Source: Cladosporium halotolerans
Lineage: Eukaryota
Length of the DNA: 64,000 bases
Direction: 5' to 3'
Assembly (NCBI RefSeq): GCF_011745625.1
Contig: NW_027191483.1
Span: 124,001-188,000, forward strand
This document shows positions 58,778 through 64,000 of this stretch, piece after piece; position 1 is the first letter of the stretch, and every line of letters starts with the position of its first letter. The notes under the pieces were generated by a model. That model was not told the DNA's origin. It saw only the letters and a list, made by a program, of their open reading frames with translations, and did no database searches. A program made the translations under genes and the position numbers.

Positions 58778-59264
58778 ATGGACGCCGAAAGCGCCCTCTC
58801 CCAGTTCCGCCAATCCCTAACCTCCATCGAGACCGCCCACAAAGCAACCCTCCAGCTCCTCGAGACCACCCGCGCGCAGCTCAAAGAGTCCGAAACCCGA
58901 GACTACGCGCAGCTCTTCGCCGACGTCCTGCGCAAGCTGAACGACAAGCAGGCCAAGATCGACAAGTCTCAGCAGGAATTGAGCGACAAACAGAGCAAGA
59001 TCGACGAGTGCGATCGGGAGCTGGCGCGCGTGGAGCGAGAGCTGGGGGACGCCGTTTTGCGGCGCGACATGGCGCTCGAGGGGGCGCTCGCGGGACGTGG
59101 CTGGACGTGGGATCGCCGCGACGGGGTTTGGAGGTGCTGTGGGTGTCATGGGGAGGAGTGCGAGTGTGCGGGGCGGCCGCCTGTCTGGCGCGCGAGTCGG
59201 GGGGAGTGCGATGGCTCGGGGAAGACGGGGAGCGGGATGGCGGTTTCGGGGGAGGGAGAGGGAG

Positions 59265-59300
<36 letters not shown>

Positions 59301-59404
59301 GGTTGTTCGTTCCGCTCGTGGGAGATGGACTTGGGGCTGGGGCCGGGTCTTCGCGCACGCTTAGGGGTGACAGCGTCGACGACGACGTGTTGATGCCGGC
59401 GTGA
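58778..59404 (+). CDS. Hypothetical coiled-coil protein with Cys cluster and poly-Asp tail
   Basis: AAAATGG start context and high GC3; heptad region, then WRCCGCHGEECEC, then D10. Confidence 0.65.
59267..59296 (+). repeat. (GAT)10 coding microsatellite
   Basis: Ten perfect GAT units encoding D10. Confidence 0.95.
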
Positions 59405-60003
59405 GGACTTTGGACGGTAACGCGGCCGTCTGTCGAAGCTTTGGATCCAGCAGCGTTGATCGATGGACGGCGTCTCGACGACGACCAACACCACCCGCTG
59501 GTCGTCCATTACGACCTACCATCACAACAGCTTCTTGCAATGCAAGCGTAACCGACACCGACACCGACGGATTCCAACGAGCCCGTGCTGTAGAGCACGC
59601 AACTCAACTCGTTGCCCAATCAGCAATCGGGCAGACCGCACCCGAGGGCAAGCACTAACTACAACCTGCTGTTCGAGAGTGCGGTGTACGTAGCGCATAA
59701 GAAAACGATACAAACAACCAACAGTCAATGTTTCAACATGCCTACACTCCCCATTGACGAGCATGGTAGCGAGACCAACTCAATCGTACTGCATACAGAT
59801 GTTGGAAATATCTTTGACATACGCGTAGTAAGCCGAATACTAACAAGGGAAATTACAGCAGAAGCCGACAAAAATGTATACACCTCCTAACTTGACGCCG
59901 AGTGCTGTGCTACGAAGAAAGAGACGGTATGGTATGGTATGTCGGGGGCGTGTCGTAGACACAACCCATCGATTGATTACGTAGAACGCACGGCAAGCGC
60001 GCT

Positions 60004-61534
60004 CTAGTTGACGAGAGCCATGGCAGCAACGGCAGCCACGACGACGGTGCCGAAAGCAGCGTTGACGGAACCAGCAGCGCTCTCAGAGTCGCCGCTGCCG
60101 CTGCCGCTGCCGGAAGAGCCGCTGTCGGAGTTGGCGTTGTTGTTGGAGGAGCCGCCGGACTCGTTGGTGGTGTCCTCGCTGGTGGTGACGCCGTTGCTGA
60201 GGTCGGGCTCGGTGGCGCTCTGCTCGGCGCCGGAGGTCTGGGAGCCCGGGCCGTCAAGGCCGGGGGCCTCGCCGGCGCCGTCGGTGATCAGCTGCTCGGC
60301 GGAGGAGGGGATCTCGGGCAGGTTGTTGGTGTCGAGGGGCCAGTCCTCGCTCTCGGCGGGGCACTCGAGGTGGACGGCCTCCTCCTCGCTCTTGGCGCCG
60401 GCCATGCCGGTGGGGGCCGGGTTGGCGGCGAAGGCGTCGGCAAGGCGGTCGAAGTCGGCGTTGGGCTCGGCGGCGCCGTTGGAGCCGAGCTCGACGAGGC
60501 CGTAGCCGTTGGGCTCGATGGTGAACTCGTAGGCGAGGCCGCCGGAGTAGACGGCGGTCATGTTCTCGCTCATGAGGGCTTCGATTTCGTTCCAGTCGCG
60601 GCGGTTGGTGATGCAGCCGAACTCGGAGAGGAAGATGGGCAGGGAGTAGTTGCTGTAGAGCTCGACCTTCTGGTCCCAGCCGGAGATGGTGAAGGAGGAC
60701 GGGTCGCACCAGGCGTAGTCGTTGAAGGCGAAGAAGTCGCTGCGGGCGTTGTCGTCCTCGCCGCAAGAGAAGTAGACGGCCTGCTGGTAGATGTTCTCCT
60801 TGACATCGGCAGCGGAGTAACCGACGGGGATGCGGCGGTCGGCCTGAGCGCCGATGTAGCGCTTCATGTCACGGGTGACGGCCTTGATGTAGGGAGCGGC
60901 GTTGGTGTTGTTCCTGGCGTTGATGACCTCGTTACCAGAGAAGAAAAGGAGAAGGTTGCCTGATCGATGTGGTTAGTATATGAAGTGGGATTGCCTGAAA
61001 TACATTCTGAACTCACTGTAGCCAGCGAACTCATCGATGGTGGCGAAAAGGTGCTGGAGGTAGTCGGTGTTGTAAGACCAGTGCAGAGACTCGAGGTCCG
61101 CACGGTTGAGGGAGTACTCGGGAGTGCTGGCATCAAGAGCGAGGTAGATGCCGGCTTCGTCAAGCATACGCATGGCCTCCTCGTGGTCTCCTGCATTGTC
61201 CACGGTGTAGATACGAATAGTGTTGATTCCAAGCTCCCTGAACATCTCAATGTCGGCAGCGAGCGCCTCGGTGTCGAGAAGAGGGTCCGCAGCGTCGGCA
61301 GCTCCACCGGGCTGGTAGGCCACACCGCGGATGAAGAAACGGTCCTCACCGGCCATGAAGGCATTGCCGGAGACGGTGACCTGCGGGGTTTGTCAGTGCC
61401 ACTTGCAATGGCTTCAGATTTCGGTCAAGCCATACCGGCGGGAGGTTGCCAGCCTGGCGCTTCTTAACGCGGCCAGCGAAAGCTCCGGAGACCAGGGAGG
61501 CCGCCGCGACGGCAGCGGTAAAAACGGACTTCAT
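60004..61534 (-). CDS. GPI-anchored 1,3-beta-glucanosyltransferase (GH72, Gas/Gel type without CBM43); introns 61381-61435 and 60960-61016
   Basis: Signal peptide, RFFIRGVAYQ, LGINTIRIY, FFSGNEV, PVGYSAAD, FLSEFGC, SGGLAYEF, Ser/Gly-rich linker, hydrophobic GPI signal. Confidence 0.95.
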
Positions 61535-62651
61535 GACGAATGGTTTAGTAGCGTGTAATGAGCGTGGTGGTATTCAGAAAGTCGAACAGGGAGATTAGCA
61601 AGAAGTTGTTGGGAAGAAGAAACGGACGGCCCTGTAGCACAGGTGAGCAAAACGACGGGAGGAAAGAAACACCTTTTGGCAGCGAAAGCACGTCGGCCCC
61701 GACGCGCGCTGCACATCCGCTCTTATTCACGCCCATGGCGGGCGGTACACAAGACATTTCCAGGGATGCCGAGTCGAGGCCAAGATAAGACGCGCAAAAC
61801 GCCCAGCACGCCGCCCAGGCCGCGGTCAACGCCTGCGCGCCCACCCAGCGCGGGCGAGCTGCTCTCGCGCGGCCGGCAGCATCGCGTTACCGCGGGAGCC
61901 TCCCTAGGTATTTCTTGTCTGCGAGCCGAAGCGTCTTGGGCGTGGCGCAGTGTGTATAGCTGGGCCGGCGGGCGCGCGGGTGGGCGGCTTCATCAGTGGG
62001 TTGGGAAAGTGAGAGCAGGCCTGAGTTGCAGCGCCCAGACATTGGGGCGGGCTTGGGACGGCGAATGGGCGCGCCACCCGCTGCTGCTGCTGTGGATATC
62101 CGGAGCCCGCAGACGGAGACGGGGGAGAGCTGCAGCTGCAGATGTACGTGTGATGTAGCTGTGCGAGTCGACAGTGATGATGTCTATACTCGGATCTGAC
62201 CTTGCGGGCCGTCTCCAGATCAGCAGATGGAGTGCCGTGTGGCAGGGACACACGTACACAGGACATTGGTGTCGCAGAGTCAGGAGCTCGATGTCTTGGC
62301 AGGCGTCTTTACTCGCGAAGGCCAATCTCACGTGCGCCAAAGGGCACAGACGACAGACATCCCGTCATCGCCACCTCCACGCTCCGCCTGCAGCTTTGAT
62401 TACAATCATCACGGCTAGGGGCTCGCCAGATCTCAAACGCTCATGAAACGAGCTCTCGAGCCCTTGGCGTCACTGACTTCCAACCAAAGGCTTGTCGCAT
62501 CGTGGTTCAAGCATCGACTTGGCCTCCCAGGACATGACGAGCTGCGGTCTGGTAAGGACTCCCATTAACAATATACGAAACACTGGAACTATGCCCAGCC
62601 TATTATCGTCGACGTCCCTCCACCTATCATTACCATCGCAAGAGAACCTTC

Positions 62652-64000
62652 TCAGCCCAGCTTGATCTCTAGCTCCTTGTTCCAGACACCACCGTGAGTC
62701 GCCTCTTCCAGGCCGGTGAGATACACAACGCCGTTCTCAAAGCGAGACTGCACGCCGCCTGTCGCATTCCCACCGTAGTCATGGCCCTGGTTGACACTCA
62801 CACTATTCGGACCGCTCTTCGCGCCAGCGATCGTGACATTCGCAAGCGGCAGGCCGTCCTCGAAATCGCCAGAAACAGTGGCGCGCAGAGTGTTGTCCGC
62901 GAAAGAGAGCTATCGAACCAAGTCAGTTTGTGAAAGATCCTCGAAACCATGCCGGCAACACTCACATGAACCTCCTTCGTCGCCTCCTGCTCGATATAAA
63001 TCCCATCATCCAGCCACAGCTCCCCCTCCGCCTTCCCATCCTTATCCAACGCTACGACCAGACTCCACGGACTCAGCCTCGACGTCCGCGTCGTGTTCCC
63101 AGCCCTCTGCATGGGAACAATATACCCTCCCCGGACGTGAATCGGCTGGTGCTCCAGCGGCGCCCGCAGCGTCTTGTTCTCGCCCGCGCCCACCACCTCC
63201 TCGCGCAGCGTGTACCAGTCGTACCAGCGCTCGCCCTCGGCGACGCCGGGGAAGACGCCGCGCACGCTCGTCGCGAGCGCTTCGAGCACGGGCGTCACGA
63301 GCAGCGCGGGGCCGGACATGAACTGCGTCTCGATGCCTGCGAGCGATGCGTCGTTGGGGAATTCCCACGCCAGGGCGCGCAGGACGGTTTCGCCGGCGGC
63401 GTGCGCGCGGTGGAAGAGCGTGTAGGTGTAGGGGAGCAGGCTGTAGCGGATGTTCATGATGCGGCGCGTGGACTCGGCCGTCGTGGACCAGCGGTAGGCT
63501 TCTTGCGCGATGGTGTTGCGGTTGTTGTGGTTTCTCTGTTGGGTGGGGGTTAGTTGGGTGTCGCGTTGGTGAGGTCTGGGTGGCTACTGACGTAGAAGGG
63601 GAACCAGGCGCTCAGCTGCATCCAGCGCGTGCAGAGCTGCATGTCGGCGTTGCCGTTGAAGCCGCAGGTTTCGACGCCGAAGTAGGGGATGCCCGCGATG
63701 CCGAAGGCGAGCGCCTGCGAGATGCCGAAGTACATGTTGCCCCACATGGAGTTGGTGTCGCCTGGTTCGTGGATGTCAGTATGGTTTGAGCATTTCCGTC
63801 GTTGGCATTCGGGACTTACCACCCCAGGTTCCAGCGAAAGTGCCACTACCAGCGAAGGTGCTCCTCGCGAGGAAGAACGGCCTCTTGCCGCCGTATGTCG
63901 CAACGAGAGCATTGTACGAAGCATTGCCGCTCGTGTGGCCGTAGAGGTTGTGCAGCTCGTATTCCGTGCTGTTGTGCGGGCCATCGTTGTGCGTAGCGTT
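62652..64000 (-). CDS. GH31 alpha-glucosidase, 3' part (5' outside the window), multi-intron
   Basis: [73 protein letters not shown]. Confidence 0.92.

Noticed and set aside
61640..62200. GC-rich stretch with short hairpins and several ORFs; C/D-box-like words near 62174-62199
   Set aside because: Consistent with the GH72 promoter region; the box spacing is too short for a snoRNA and the ORFs are GC artefacts.

Overview
This is gene-dense eukaryotic DNA from a filamentous ascomycete (Pezizomycotina; a Dothideomycete is my inference from protein style, short GT-AG introns with CTRAC branch points and a dispersed 5S gene). It holds about 33 protein-coding loci. Most are conserved housekeeping genes: GCN2, a MEK1-like kinase, MMM1, HOM3, RSM27, RNase III, RKM4/SETD6, EPL1, DER1, CenH3/CSE4, ALE1, cofilin, RVS161, SER3, NOP2, KAE1, MAD2, GUF1, a GH72 and a GH31. 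There is one 5S rRNA and one intron-containing tRNA-Val(AAC). Two accessory-looking stretches interrupt the core genes. The first (~40.6-50.8 kb) has a degenerate higher-order repeat array, an effector-like secreted protein, an amino-acid permease, and a CE12 esterase plus GT2 synthase bracketed by two Pol III genes. The second (~55.7-59.9 kb) has degenerate repeats and two orphan coiled-coil ORFs. The most striking feature is the RVS161 BAR-domain gene, which has two unusually long (174 and 669 nt), in-frame, stop-free, coding-looking introns (candidate exitrons). A frameshifted small Cys-protein pseudogene lies at 20.6-20.9 kb. I recognised no transposase, retroelement or CRISPR. All calls come from reading the sequence by eye; no searches were run.
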